NCBI GenBank assembly: GCA_964604515.1
Contig: CAZRZA010000004.1
Location: 1 to 52,093, forward strand
DNA length: 52,093 nt
Direction: 5' to 3'
From: an uncultured Gammaproteobacteria bacterium
GTDB taxonomy: Bacteria; Patescibacteriota; Patescibacteriia; UBA1558; GWA2-36-10
Shown: piece after piece, positions 31,541-40,553 of the stretch
Layout: each line of letters begins with the position of its first letter
Position numbering within the stretch: position 1 is the stretch's first letter
The notes under the pieces: generated by a model
The model's input: only the letters and a program-made list of their open reading frames with translations
Told to the model about the DNA's origin: nothing
The model's database searches: none
Made by a program: the position numbers and the translations under genes

Positions 31541-31552
31541 TTAAATTAAAAA

Positions 31553-32728
31553 ATGTCTAGAAAAAATATTAAAGAAATAGTACCACCGATAGAAACTTTC
31601 GCTAATATAAAAGTAATTGGTGTTGGTGGTTCAGGTAATTCTGCTGTTAATCGTATGGTTAAATCTAAAATACGAGGAGTAGAGTTTATTGCTATTAATA
31701 CTGATGCTCAAGCTTTACATCATTCTATTGCACCTAATAAAGTACATATTGGTAGAGAAACAACTAAAGGATTAGGAGCGGGTATGGATCCAGAGTTAGG
31801 AGCTAAAAGTGCTGAAGAAAATGAGCAAGAAATAATTAAAGCTTTAGAGGGTGCTAATATGGTTTTTATTACTTGTGGTTTAGGTGGTGGTACCGGTTCT
31901 GGTGCAGCCCCTATTATTGCTGATATAGCTCGAGAATTAAATGCTTTAACTGTGGCTGTAGTAACCAAGCCTTTTACTTTTGAAGGTATGCAAAGAAAAG
32001 ACATAGCAGCTAGAAGCTTTGATCATTTAATAGATAAAGTAGATGCTGTTATCACTATCCCTAATGATAGATTATTACAAATTATTGATAAAAAAACATC
32101 TCTTTTAGAGGCCTTCTCTATTGTTGACGAAGTATTAAAACAAGGGGTACAAGGTATTTCAGAAGTTATTACTGTTCCCGGATTAATTAATGTTGATTTT
32201 GCTGATGTTAAAGCAATAATGAATCAAGCTGGTTCAGCTTTAATGGGCATTGGTACAGCCAGTGGAGAGAGTAGAGCTGTGGAAGCAGCTAAAGCAGCTA
32301 TTAATAGCCCTCTATTAGAGTTAAATATAAATGGTGCTACTGGTGTTTTATTCACTATCGCGGGTAGTCCAGACTTAACAATGTTTGAAGTTAATGAAGT
32401 AGCTGAAATAATTACAGCTGCTTGTGATCCAGATGCTAAGATAATATTTGGTGCAGTAGTAGACGAAGAGTTAAAAGATGATATTAAAGTAACAGTTATT
32501 GCGACAGGATTTAGAGAGGCTAAAGAAAATAAGATGGAAGCAGGGGCTATTCAACCAACTATATCTAATCATGAAATATTTGCTAAGAAAGCAGAAGCAA
32601 GAACTATAAAAAAAGCTTTTAAAAAAGACCATAAAGAGGAAGAGGAGGCAATTGATGTTCCAAAGAGCAGAGAAGAAGAAGAATTAGATATGCCAACATT
32701 TTTAAGAAATAAAATGAAAAAGAGATAA
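31553..32728 (+). CDS. ftsZ: Cell division protein FtsZ
   Basis: IKVIGVGG, GLGGGTGSG, INVDFADV, C-terminal LDMPTFLR. Confidence 0.99.
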   Translation: MSRKNIKEIVPPIETFANIKVIGVGGSGNSAVNRMVKSKIRGVEFIAINTDAQALHHSIAPNKVHIGRETTKGLGAGMDPELGAKSAEENEQEIIKALEGANMVFITCGLGGGTGSGAAPIIADIARELNALTVAVVTKPFTFEGMQRKDIAARSFDHLIDKVDAVITIPNDRLLQIIDKKTSLLEAFSIVDEVLKQGVQGISEVITVPGLINVDFADVKAIMNQAGSALMGIGTASGESRAVEAAKAAINSPLLELNINGATGVLFTIAGSPDLTMFEVNEVAEIITAACDPDAKIIFGAVVDEELKDDIKVTVIATGFREAKENKMEAGAIQPTISNHEIFAKKAEARTIKKAFKKDHKEEEEAIDVPKSREEEELDMPTFLRNKMKKR

Positions 32729-33195
32729 TGTATTGCCCTGTTTGTAATAATAAGAGTAGTAAAGTATTAGACTCTCGTTTAGTAGGCGAGGGTTTTAGTA
32801 TCAGAAGAAGACGTTCTTGTTTAAAGTGTGATTTTCGTTATTCAACCGTTGAAGAAATAGAAATTTTAGAATTAGTTATTATCAAGAGAGATGGTCATCG
32901 AGAAAACTATAGTCGTTTAAAATTAATTAGAGGATTAAAAAGATCTCTAGAGAAAATACCATATTTAGAAGAAGATTTTAATTCTTTAATTAGAGAAATA
33001 GAAAGAGAAATTCAAAAGAAGGTTAAGAATAATGAAATAACATATAAGCAATTAGGACAAATAGTAATGAAGAAATTAAAGTCTTTTGATAAAGTTGCTT
33101 ATATTAGATATGCTTCAGTATATAGATCCTTTAAAGATGTTAAGACTTTTCAAAAAGAATTAAATAGACTCTTAAAAAATAAAAAGAAGAAATAA
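32728..33195 (+). CDS. nrdR: Transcriptional repressor NrdR
   Basis: CPVC..SKVLDSR..IRRRR.C..C Zn ribbon, ATP cone, DKVAYIRYASVY. Confidence 0.96.
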   Translation: MYCPVCNNKSSKVLDSRLVGEGFSIRRRRSCLKCDFRYSTVEEIEILELVIIKRDGHRENYSRLKLIRGLKRSLEKIPYLEEDFNSLIREIEREIQKKVKNNEITYKQLGQIVMKKLKSFDKVAYIRYASVYRSFKDVKTFQKELNRLLKNKKKK

Positions 33196-33196
33196 T

Positions 33197-33544
33197 ATGG
33201 ATGAAGAATTAAAAAAGATAATAGTAGATAATAAAGAAAAGTTAGATAATATAGAAGAAAAGGTTAAGAAAATACATCAGAAGCTATTTTGGAGTACTAT
33301 GGCCGGTTACTTTAAAGTTATTTTAATATTAGGACCAATTATTATCGGTATTATTTATTTATCGCCTGTTGTTAAGAAATATTTTAAAATATTAGAACCT
33401 GTTTTTCAAGCTTTACGTATTTCTCCCGAGAATAGTTTAAATATAAAAAGTATTAATAATTTAATACCTGTAAATAATAAAGGATTAGCAGAGATATGTG
33501 ATCCTAATACTAGAGAGGAATTAATAAAGCAATTTTGTCAATAA
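33197..33544 (+). CDS. Hypothetical membrane protein
   Basis: Coiled-coil N-terminus plus TM segment; coupled to both neighbours. Confidence 0.7.
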   Translation: MDEELKKIIVDNKEKLDNIEEKVKKIHQKLFWSTMAGYFKVILILGPIIIGIIYLSPVVKKYFKILEPVFQALRISPENSLNIKSINNLIPVNNKGLAEICDPNTREELIKQFCQ

Positions 33545-34618
33545 ATGGAAGAATTAAAAAAGAAAATTATAAACTTAGCTCAAGAGATAAATGAAGCAGT
33601 TCAGAAATTAAAGTTGGCAGAAAAAAGAAAAGAGTTAGAAGGATTAAAGGAGCAGATATCTGCTCCTGATTTTTGGCAAAATAAAGAAGCAGCTCAAATT
33701 TCTGCAGTATATAAGAATAAAGAAAAGGAAATAAATATTTGGCAAGACTTAGTAAATAAGATAAATGATTTACAGTTATTAATTAAAGACAAACAAGCTT
33801 TTACTTTAGAAAAGGAAATAGATAAAGATTATAAAATAATTCAGGATTTATATACTAATAATATACAGCAATTATATTTACAAGGTAAATATGATAATAA
33901 GGCTGCTTTGATAAGCATAAAAGCAGGAGCAGGAGGTATAGATGCTCAAGATTGGGCCTCTATGTTAGAAAGAATGTATTTAAAGTTTGCAGAGCATAAT
34001 AATTATACTATAAACTATTTAGCAAGATCTTCTGGTTCAGAAGCTGGTATTAAGAGTACGACTTTTAAAGTATCAGGAGAATATGCTTATGGATATTTAA
34101 AAAATGAAAAGGGTGTTCATAGATTAGTAAGAATATCTCCCTTTGATTCTGATAAAGCTAGACATACTTCTTTTGCTATGGTGGAAGCATTACCAGAATT
34201 AAAAGAAGTAGCCATAGAAATAAAAGAAGAAGATTTAAAAATAGATACTTTTAGAGCTTCTGGGCATGGAGGACAGTCGGTTAACACAACAGACTCTGCT
34301 GTTCGTATTACTCATTTACCAACTAAATTAATAGCTATTTGTCAAAATGAAAGATCTCAATTACAGAATAAATTACAAGCTTTGTCTTATTTAAAAAGTA
34401 AATTACAATTATACTATGAAACTGAACTAGAAGAGGAAAAGAAAGCTTTATTAGGAGAACATACAACAGCAGCTTGGGGTAATCAAATTAGATCTTATAT
34501 ATTACAACCATATAAGCTAGTAAAAGATCATCGTACTAATTATGAATCTAATAATGTTGAGGATATATTAAATGGTAATATTATGGAATTAATAAAAAAG
34601 CAGTTAGAGAAAAGCTAA
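33545..34618 (+). CDS. prfB: Peptide chain release factor 2 (uninterrupted ORF)
   Basis: GVHRLVRISPF (SPF), GGQ motif, WGNQIRSY. Confidence 0.97.
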   Translation: MEELKKKIINLAQEINEAVQKLKLAEKRKELEGLKEQISAPDFWQNKEAAQISAVYKNKEKEINIWQDLVNKINDLQLLIKDKQAFTLEKEIDKDYKIIQDLYTNNIQQLYLQGKYDNKAALISIKAGAGGIDAQDWASMLERMYLKFAEHNNYTINYLARSSGSEAGIKSTTFKVSGEYAYGYLKNEKGVHRLVRISPFDSDKARHTSFAMVEALPELKEVAIEIKEEDLKIDTFRASGHGGQSVNTTDSAVRITHLPTKLIAICQNERSQLQNKLQALSYLKSKLQLYYETELEEEKKALLGEHTTAAWGNQIRSYILQPYKLVKDHRTNYESNNVEDILNGNIMELIKKQLEKS

Positions 34619-34639
34619 ATTTATGATATAATATAATAT

Positions 34640-36007
34640 ATGTTTGATCATTTAACTCCAATTAAAGATATTAAGATAAAAAAAGCTAGGAATAAGGTTA
34701 TTGATTTAGCTGTTTATTTTTTTCTTCTAATTTGGGCTATATTCTTGGGGGTATTTTCTAATTTAGCTAATCATAGTCCCAAGGCTATTGCTTTGGCTAC
34801 TTTACCAGATATTAGTATCAATAGTTTGGGGGGAGAACAAAAGATAGTATCTATTTATACACCGCAATTAAATTTATTTAATTTTAATATTGAAAATAAT
34901 AAAGAAGGCACAGAATTGAATAAGTTAAGAATATATTTAAATGGTTTATATTCTTTAGAATTTTATAATTCTTTAGAAGATAATTTAAAATTATATGCCA
35001 ATGGTACTCAATTAGGTAATATTAGTATAAAAGATAAACAGGGTTACCTTTCTTTTACTAATAATAATTATCCACTATTATTAGGAGATAATTATTTTTC
35101 TTTAATATTAGAGAGTAATAATTTAACAGTAAATGATATAATACAACTTTCTTTAGAAACTAAAGAAGATATAATATTAAGTTATAATAATAATATTTTT
35201 TATCCTTCTTTTATACATCCTCTAGAAGGTAGTTTATTTTCTTTTTTAAATAAAGGTTATCTTGATATTTATAATTTAAATACTAATAATAATATACAAT
35301 TATCTAAAACAGAAATACCACTTGCTAGTTTTTTAATAGCTAGTACGGGAGAAGTAATTAATTTAAAAGAATTTATTATTAGTTCAGATTCAGAATTAGA
35401 TAATAGTACTTTTTATTTAAAAAATAATGATACTATTATTAGTACAGGTCAAATTATTAATAATAATATAGTATTTAGTTTAGATAATTTTAAATTAAAT
35501 CCCCATAGAGATTCTTCTTTTCAAATTACTGGTATTTTAGAAGAAGGAGAATATTCTTTTTCTTTAATAGATATTATTGCTCAAGGTTTCTTTTCTTCTC
35601 AAGATATTAATTTAAAACAAGAATTCTTTTTAAATAAATTAAATATTAAAAATTCTTTTCTTTCTTTTTCTTCTCAAGACATAGATAATACTACAAATGA
35701 AGATCAGAATATTATTTATAATTTAAATATTAAATCTTTAGGTAAAGAAGTTAAGTTGAATAGCCTTGTATGGGATTTTAAGGGGACTTTAAGCGATTTA
35801 AAGGTCTTAATTGATAATAAGTATCAAGATATAGAAATAGACCTTAAAGATAATAAATTAAGCATAGAAGATATTGATTTAATAATACCCTTAACAGGCT
35901 TAAATCTAAAATTAGAAGCTAAAGTATTAGAAGATTATTTACAAATATACTTATTAGAGAATAATATTTATAATCTTCCTTTAGCTGTCAATATATTAAA
36001 GAAATAA
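34640..36007 (+). CDS. Hypothetical membrane-anchored beta-rich extracellular protein
   Basis: N-terminal TM then Asn/Ile-rich beta-type repeats; TGnTATAAT at 34624-34632. Confidence 0.65.
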   Translation: MFDHLTPIKDIKIKKARNKVIDLAVYFFLLIWAIFLGVFSNLANHSPKAIALATLPDISINSLGGEQKIVSIYTPQLNLFNFNIENNKEGTELNKLRIYLNGLYSLEFYNSLEDNLKLYANGTQLGNISIKDKQGYLSFTNNNYPLLLGDNYFSLILESNNLTVNDIIQLSLETKEDIILSYNNNIFYPSFIHPLEGSLFSFLNKGYLDIYNLNTNNNIQLSKTEIPLASFLIASTGEVINLKEFIISSDSELDNSTFYLKNNDTIISTGQIINNNIVFSLDNFKLNPHRDSSFQITGILEEGEYSFSLIDIIAQGFFSSQDINLKQEFFLNKLNIKNSFLSFSSQDIDNTTNEDQNIIYNLNIKSLGKEVKLNSLVWDFKGTLSDLKVLIDNKYQDIEIDLKDNKLSIEDIDLIIPLTGLNLKLEAKVLEDYLQIYLLENNIYNLPLAVNILKK

Positions 36008-36008
36008 T

Positions 36009-36869
36009 ATGAATCAAAAAGGATTTTCTTTAACAGAACTGTTAGTAATAGTAGCTATTATTATGATTTTATCTACTATTTTTATAGTTTCTGGTACAGC
36101 TATTAGAGAGAAATCTCGTTTGAGTAAAGCGAAATCTTTTGATAAAGAGCTTTCTCTGAAGTTAGGTTATAATTTAATAGGAGAATGGACTTTTGATGAT
36201 AGTAATAACTTAGGTAAAGATACTTCTTCTTATTTTAATAATGGTATGGTGAATAATGTTTTTTCTGCGTTAGAAACTGATTGTGTAGCAGGGAAATGCT
36301 TGTCTTTTACTGAGAGTAATGATCCTTATATTAAATTAGAGTATGATGATAGTAATTTATTATTCCAAGAAACAAGTGAATTAACTATTTCGGCTTGGGT
36401 TAAGCCAGTTGATGTGGGAAGCACCAAAGCTTATATCTCGGGGTTATTCAATATTAGTGATGATTATTCTATTTTCAATGGTTGGTTATTAGGTGGAAAT
36501 CATAGTAATAATAATATTTATTTTCAGATAGCAAAAGGAAATGCTGCTAATATTTCATGGGCTGTTTACAATGATTTTTTTATTGAATTTAATTCAAAAT
36601 GGGTACATATTGCAGGTGTTTATAAGGGGGGTGAATATGTTAAATTATTTATTAATGGTAAAGAGGTTAATTCTAATCTAAATCCTGTTACTTCAATACT
36701 TATGCCAGAAAATACAAATTTTCAAATAGGAGGAGTTGAAGTCTTCGATGATGATATTTGGAATGGCTATATCGATGATATTCGTATCTATAGAGATGCT
36801 TTGAGTATAGCTCAGGTAAATAATTTGTATGAAAAAGATTTAAATAAGTATTTAGCATTGACTGAATAG
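36009..36869 (+). CDS. Type IV pilin-like protein with LamG/ConA domain
   Basis: Class III signal KG-FSLTELLVIVAII; GEWTFD, TISAWVKP, WVHIAGVY, LFING, GYIDDIRIY.DALS. Confidence 0.9.
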   Translation: MNQKGFSLTELLVIVAIIMILSTIFIVSGTAIREKSRLSKAKSFDKELSLKLGYNLIGEWTFDDSNNLGKDTSSYFNNGMVNNVFSALETDCVAGKCLSFTESNDPYIKLEYDDSNLLFQETSELTISAWVKPVDVGSTKAYISGLFNISDDYSIFNGWLLGGNHSNNNIYFQIAKGNAANISWAVYNDFFIEFNSKWVHIAGVYKGGEYVKLFINGKEVNSNLNPVTSILMPENTNFQIGGVEVFDDDIWNGYIDDIRIYRDALSIAQVNNLYEKDLNKYLALTE

Positions 36870-36906
36870 AGTATTTAAGTTTAAATAGAGGAAGTAAGTG
36901 ATTTAA

Positions 36907-38199
36907 ATGAAGAAAAGTGAATTATTTATTTTATTTAGTTTGGTATTTTTAATTACTACTTTTATTATAGTAATTAAGAAACCTATTATATTTGGTAATT
37001 CATTAGAATTATCTTTTTTTGAATATGATAAGTATTATACTTTTACTGGTCAAATAATTAAAAAAGAAAAAAAGATTAAGGGTAATAGATATTTAGTGCT
37101 TAGTGAATTTGGTAAAATATTAATATCTACTCCTCTTTATCCAGAGTATAATTTAAATGATAATTTAGAAATATCTTGTAAGTTAAAAAAAGCTGAGCCT
37201 ATTATTGATGATTATGGTTATCAATTTTTTTATGATAAGTATTTAGCTAAAGATAATATATTTATATTATGTTCTTATCCTCAAATTAAGTTTTTAAATA
37301 ATAATAATTATAATATTTTAAGTATTAAAGAATACTTTTCTAGTAATTTAAATAATTATTTAAGAGAACCAGCTTCTTCTTTAGCTAAAGCTATGCTTTT
37401 AGCAGAAAGAAGAGAATTAAATTTAGAATTAAGAACTGCTTTTAGTAAAACTGGTTTAAGTCATATTATAGCTATTTCAGGATTACACATAGCTATTATA
37501 GTATATTTATTACAAATATTATTAATATCTTTAAATAAAAGAATATCTTTTTTTCTTATTAGTTTTATTCTCTTCTTTTATTTATTTTTATTAAACTTTC
37601 CTTCTTCAGCCTTAAGAGCTTCTTTAATGATTATTATTGTTCTTTTAACTCCTTTTCTTAACAGAAATACTAAACCTCTCTATAGTCTAATATTAGTAGC
37701 CGATCTTTTAGTATTAATTAATCCTTATATTATAGTTTATGACATTGGTTTTCAATTATCTTTTTTAGCTGTTTTAGGATTACTATTCTATATTAAATAT
37801 TTTCAGAAAGTATTAATATTTATACCTAATAAGTATAAGTTAAGAGAGGTTCTTTCTGTTACCTTAGCTGCGCAAGTATTTACTTGGCCTTTAATAGTAT
37901 ATTATTTTCATATCTTTTCTTTTATTGCTCCTTTAGCTAATTTTTTAATATTACCATTTTTACCTTTTATATTAGGCTTAGCTATCTTTTTGTCTCTTTT
38001 TGGTTTTATACCATTTTTAGCTGAATTAATAGCTCGGCCTTTATTTGTATTATTAAAGATAATAGTTATTATAGTACAGTATTTAAGCAATATACCTTTA
38101 GCATATTTAGAAATACATAATTTTGATTTAAAATATTTAAGTTTATCTTTTTTATTCTTAATATTATTAACATTTATAATAAAGCCCTATGAAACTTAA
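36907..38199 (+). CDS. comEC: ComEC/Rec2 membrane (Competence) domain protein
   Basis: TGLSHIIAISGLH, SALRA, NPY...DIGFQLSFLA. Confidence 0.93.
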   Translation: MKKSELFILFSLVFLITTFIIVIKKPIIFGNSLELSFFEYDKYYTFTGQIIKKEKKIKGNRYLVLSEFGKILISTPLYPEYNLNDNLEISCKLKKAEPIIDDYGYQFFYDKYLAKDNIFILCSYPQIKFLNNNNYNILSIKEYFSSNLNNYLREPASSLAKAMLLAERRELNLELRTAFSKTGLSHIIAISGLHIAIIVYLLQILLISLNKRISFFLISFILFFYLFLLNFPSSALRASLMIIIVLLTPFLNRNTKPLYSLILVADLLVLINPYIIVYDIGFQLSFLAVLGLLFYIKYFQKVLIFIPNKYKLREVLSVTLAAQVFTWPLIVYYFHIFSFIAPLANFLILPFLPFILGLAIFLSLFGFIPFLAELIARPLFVLLKIIVIIVQYLSNIPLAYLEIHNFDLKYLSLSFLFLILLTFIIKPYET

Positions 38200-38986
38200 A
38201 TTAATTATAATTATGTTTTTGATATTTAATTATTATCCTACAGAATATTTAAAAGTATCATATTTAGATATTGGTCAAGGAGATAGTATCTTATTATCTG
38301 TTAAAGATTATAATATTTTAATTGATGGGGGACCTGATAATTCTTTATTATATCAATTAGGGGAGAGCTTACTTTGGTTTGAAAAGAGAATAGACTATTT
38401 AATTATCTCTCATTATCATGCTGATCATTATACAGGATTTATTGAATTATTGAATAAATATGAAATAGGAGAAATATTAGTTACTAATCATCAGCCTGAT
38501 AATAAATTATATAATATTTGGCTAGAGAAATTAAAAGAATATAATTACAAAGTAAGAGTTGTTGAAGAAGGGGAGAGATTTATAATAGCTGATAATATAT
38601 ATTTTGATATTATTTTAGCTCATAGTAATTATGAAGATTATAATGATAATTCTTTAGTATTAAAGTTTAATTATTATGATTTGAAATTATTATTTACCGG
38701 AGATTTAACTTCTCTTTTAGAAAAAACTATATTAGAAAAAGATTTAGAGTCGCAAGTATTAAAAGTAGGTCATCATGGTAGTAAATGGTCTTCTTCTTTA
38801 GAATTTTTAAAAGTAGTAAAACCAGAAATATGCTTAATTCAGTCTGGTCTCTATAATAAGTTTCAGCATCCTCATTTAGAGACTATTAATAGACTAAAAG
38901 AAATTAATTGTACTATATACAATACTCAAAATACGGGTACTGTTAATTTATTTAGTAATGGTTATGATTATTGGTTTGACTTTTAA
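38189..38986 (+). CDS. ComEC-type metallo-beta-lactamase-fold nuclease (separate gene)
   Basis: LDIGQGDS, LIDGG, SHYHADH, NDNSLV, LFTGD, LKVGHHGS, HPH. Confidence 0.92.
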   Translation: MKLKLIIIMFLIFNYYPTEYLKVSYLDIGQGDSILLSVKDYNILIDGGPDNSLLYQLGESLLWFEKRIDYLIISHYHADHYTGFIELLNKYEIGEILVTNHQPDNKLYNIWLEKLKEYNYKVRVVEEGERFIIADNIYFDIILAHSNYEDYNDNSLVLKFNYYDLKLLFTGDLTSLLEKTILEKDLESQVLKVGHHGSKWSSSLEFLKVVKPEICLIQSGLYNKFQHPHLETINRLKEINCTIYNTQNTGTVNLFSNGYDYWFDF

Positions 38987-39003
38987 GGTTCTTTTGTTAG
39001 AAT
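38976..39003 (+). promoter_or_regulatory. Promoter for the small-peptide operon
   Basis: TTGACT-16bp-TAGAAT with extended TG. Confidence 0.6.
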
Positions 39004-39040
39004 TAAGATATTGTTCATTAAATAAAATAAGGAGAAACAA

Positions 39041-39151
39041 ATGAAAACATGGTTGTGGTTTGCAAAGAATACTTTAGCCTTGGTAGCTATTGTTATAGCT
39101 ATTTTATTAATTATAAAAGCAGTTAATACTTTTACAATAGTACCAATATAA
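39041..39151 (+). CDS. Small single-TM protein, 36 aa (MKTWLWFAKNTLALVAIVIAILLIIKAVNTFTIVPI)
   Basis: SD TAAGGAG before ATG; not in ORF track. Confidence 0.7.
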   Translation: MKTWLWFAKNTLALVAIVIAILLIIKAVNTFTIVPI

Positions 39152-39161
39152 GGAGTAAGCA

Positions 39162-39275
39162 ATGAATGATATTGTGATATGGATAACAATGAAGTATATT
39201 ATTATATTTTTAGCTATAATGGTAATTACTGGTTTAGCAGTAGAATTATATAATAGATATGCTGAGGATGAATAA
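39162..39275 (+). CDS. Small single-TM protein, 37 aa (MNDIVIWITMKYIIIFLAIMVITGLAVELYNRYAEDE)
   Basis: SD TAAGGAG overlaps the upstream stop; terminator follows. Confidence 0.7.
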   Translation: MNDIVIWITMKYIIIFLAIMVITGLAVELYNRYAEDE

Positions 39276-39310
39276 GAAAAGGGGGTTATTAAAATAACTC
39301 TCTTTTTTCT
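39275..39310 (+). terminator. Intrinsic terminator
   Basis: GGGGGTTATT-AA-AATAACTCTC followed by T tract. Confidence 0.75.
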
Positions 39311-39338
39311 TGATTTTTACCACTAAATAACATATAAT
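39310..39338 (+). promoter_or_regulatory. Promoter for receiver-ndk
   Basis: TTGATT-17bp-TATAAT. Confidence 0.6.
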
Positions 39339-39360
39339 AAAGAAAAATTAAATAAAAAAT

Positions 39361-39741
39361 ATGGCCGATGAAAAAATAAAAATTCTTCTAATAGAGGATG
39401 AAGAAATGTTAGCTAATATGTATGAAACTAAGTTTCAGAATGAAGGCTTTAATATTGTTAAAGCTTTAGATGGGGAAGCAGGATTAAATAAAGCTAAAGA
39501 ATTCTTACCAGACTTTATTCTTTTAGATATTATTATGCCTAAAATGGATGGTTTTGCTGTTTTGAAAGCTTTGAAAGAAGATAATAAGACAAAGAATATA
39601 CCGGTTATGCTTTTAACTAATTTAGGACAAGAAGAAGACATGCAAAGAGGAGAAGATTTAGGAGTGATAGGTTATTTAGTAAAAGCTAATACCACACCAT
39701 CTGAAGTAGTAGAAGCTGTGAAGAATAAATTAATTAAATAA
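39361..39741 (+). CDS. Single-domain response regulator (CheY-like receiver)
   Basis: ILLIEDE, ILLDIIMPKMDG, MLLTN, YLVK. Confidence 0.95.
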   Translation: MADEKIKILLIEDEEMLANMYETKFQNEGFNIVKALDGEAGLNKAKEFLPDFILLDIIMPKMDGFAVLKALKEDNKTKNIPVMLLTNLGQEEDMQRGEDLGVIGYLVKANTTPSEVVEAVKNKLIK

Positions 39742-39743
39742 AT

Positions 39744-40247
39744 ATGAATAAATTAGAAAAGACTTTGGTTTTATTAAAGCCAGATGCTATTAATAGAGGT
39801 TTAATAGGTGAAATAGTAAGTAGATTTGAAAGAACTGGTTTAAAAATAGCTGGTTTAAAATTAGTTTGGTCAGATAAAGATACAGCCTTAAAACATTATA
39901 ATGAAGATTTAGCTAAAAGAAGGGGTCAAAAAGTAAGAGATTTAATGGTTGATATGATTACTTCTGGGCCAGTGGTAGCTATTGCTATTGAAGGCGTAGA
40001 AGCTGTAGAGGTAGTTAGAAAAATGGTTGGAGAAACAGAGCCTAAAAGCGCTGCTCCAGGAACAATTAGAGGAGACTATGCTCATCTTTCTTTTCAATAT
40101 GCAGATGGTAAAGGGGCTCCCGTCTTTAATTTAATACACGCTTCTTCTGACAGTAAAGATGCTAAATTAGAAGTTGGTTTATGGTTTCAAGATTTTGAAT
40201 TACAAGACTATAAACCAGAACATACTAAATATACAACTTTAGATTAA
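39744..40247 (+). CDS. ndk: Nucleoside-diphosphate kinase
   Basis: TLVLLKPDA, SGPVVA, PGTIRGDY, NLIHAS. Confidence 0.96.
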   Translation: MNKLEKTLVLLKPDAINRGLIGEIVSRFERTGLKIAGLKLVWSDKDTALKHYNEDLAKRRGQKVRDLMVDMITSGPVVAIAIEGVEAVEVVRKMVGETEPKSAAPGTIRGDYAHLSFQYADGKGAPVFNLIHASSDSKDAKLEVGLWFQDFELQDYKPEHTKYTTLD

Positions 40248-40277
40248 TTTAATTGTCTTCTTTAGAGGAATGTGCTA

Positions 40278-40425
40278 TTCTTTATATATGGTTCTTTTCC
40301 TTTAAATATATGCAATTCTACAATATTTTTTATATAGTACTTTATATAAATTAGAATCGTGGTTTTAATTTGCAAGTACTAATCCTTTTTAAAAGGGGTT
40401 CGCAAATTTAAAAGACTAGAACTAT
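40278..40425 (+). ncRNA. Candidate structured RNA or long leader
   Basis: Promoter TTGTCT-17bp-TATTCT upstream; closing stem TGGTTCT/AGAACTA around two long hairpins. Confidence 0.35.
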
Positions 40426-40462
40426 TTAAATCAACTAAAGGCTAAAATATGTCTGAAATGAT

Positions 40463-40491
40463 TTGACAAAAAGGCATCTTATCGCTATAAA
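40463..40491 (+). promoter_or_regulatory. Promoter embedded in an inverted repeat
   Basis: TTGACA-17bp-TATAAA inside ACAAAAAGGCATCT...AGGTGTCTTTTTGT. Confidence 0.55.
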
Positions 40492-40553
40492 ACGTATAGG
40501 TGTCTTTTTGTTTACACTATAGTACATTAATAATAAAAAAAAGGAGAAGAAAA

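Noticed and set aside
38983-39189. 68-aa minus-strand ORF from the track
   Set aside because: Antisense shadow of the two plus-strand peptides, which have promoter, SDs and terminator
40512-40528. Possible NrdR box upstream of the HAD gene
   Set aside because: Only a partial match to the 16-bp palindromic consensus and no tandem copy
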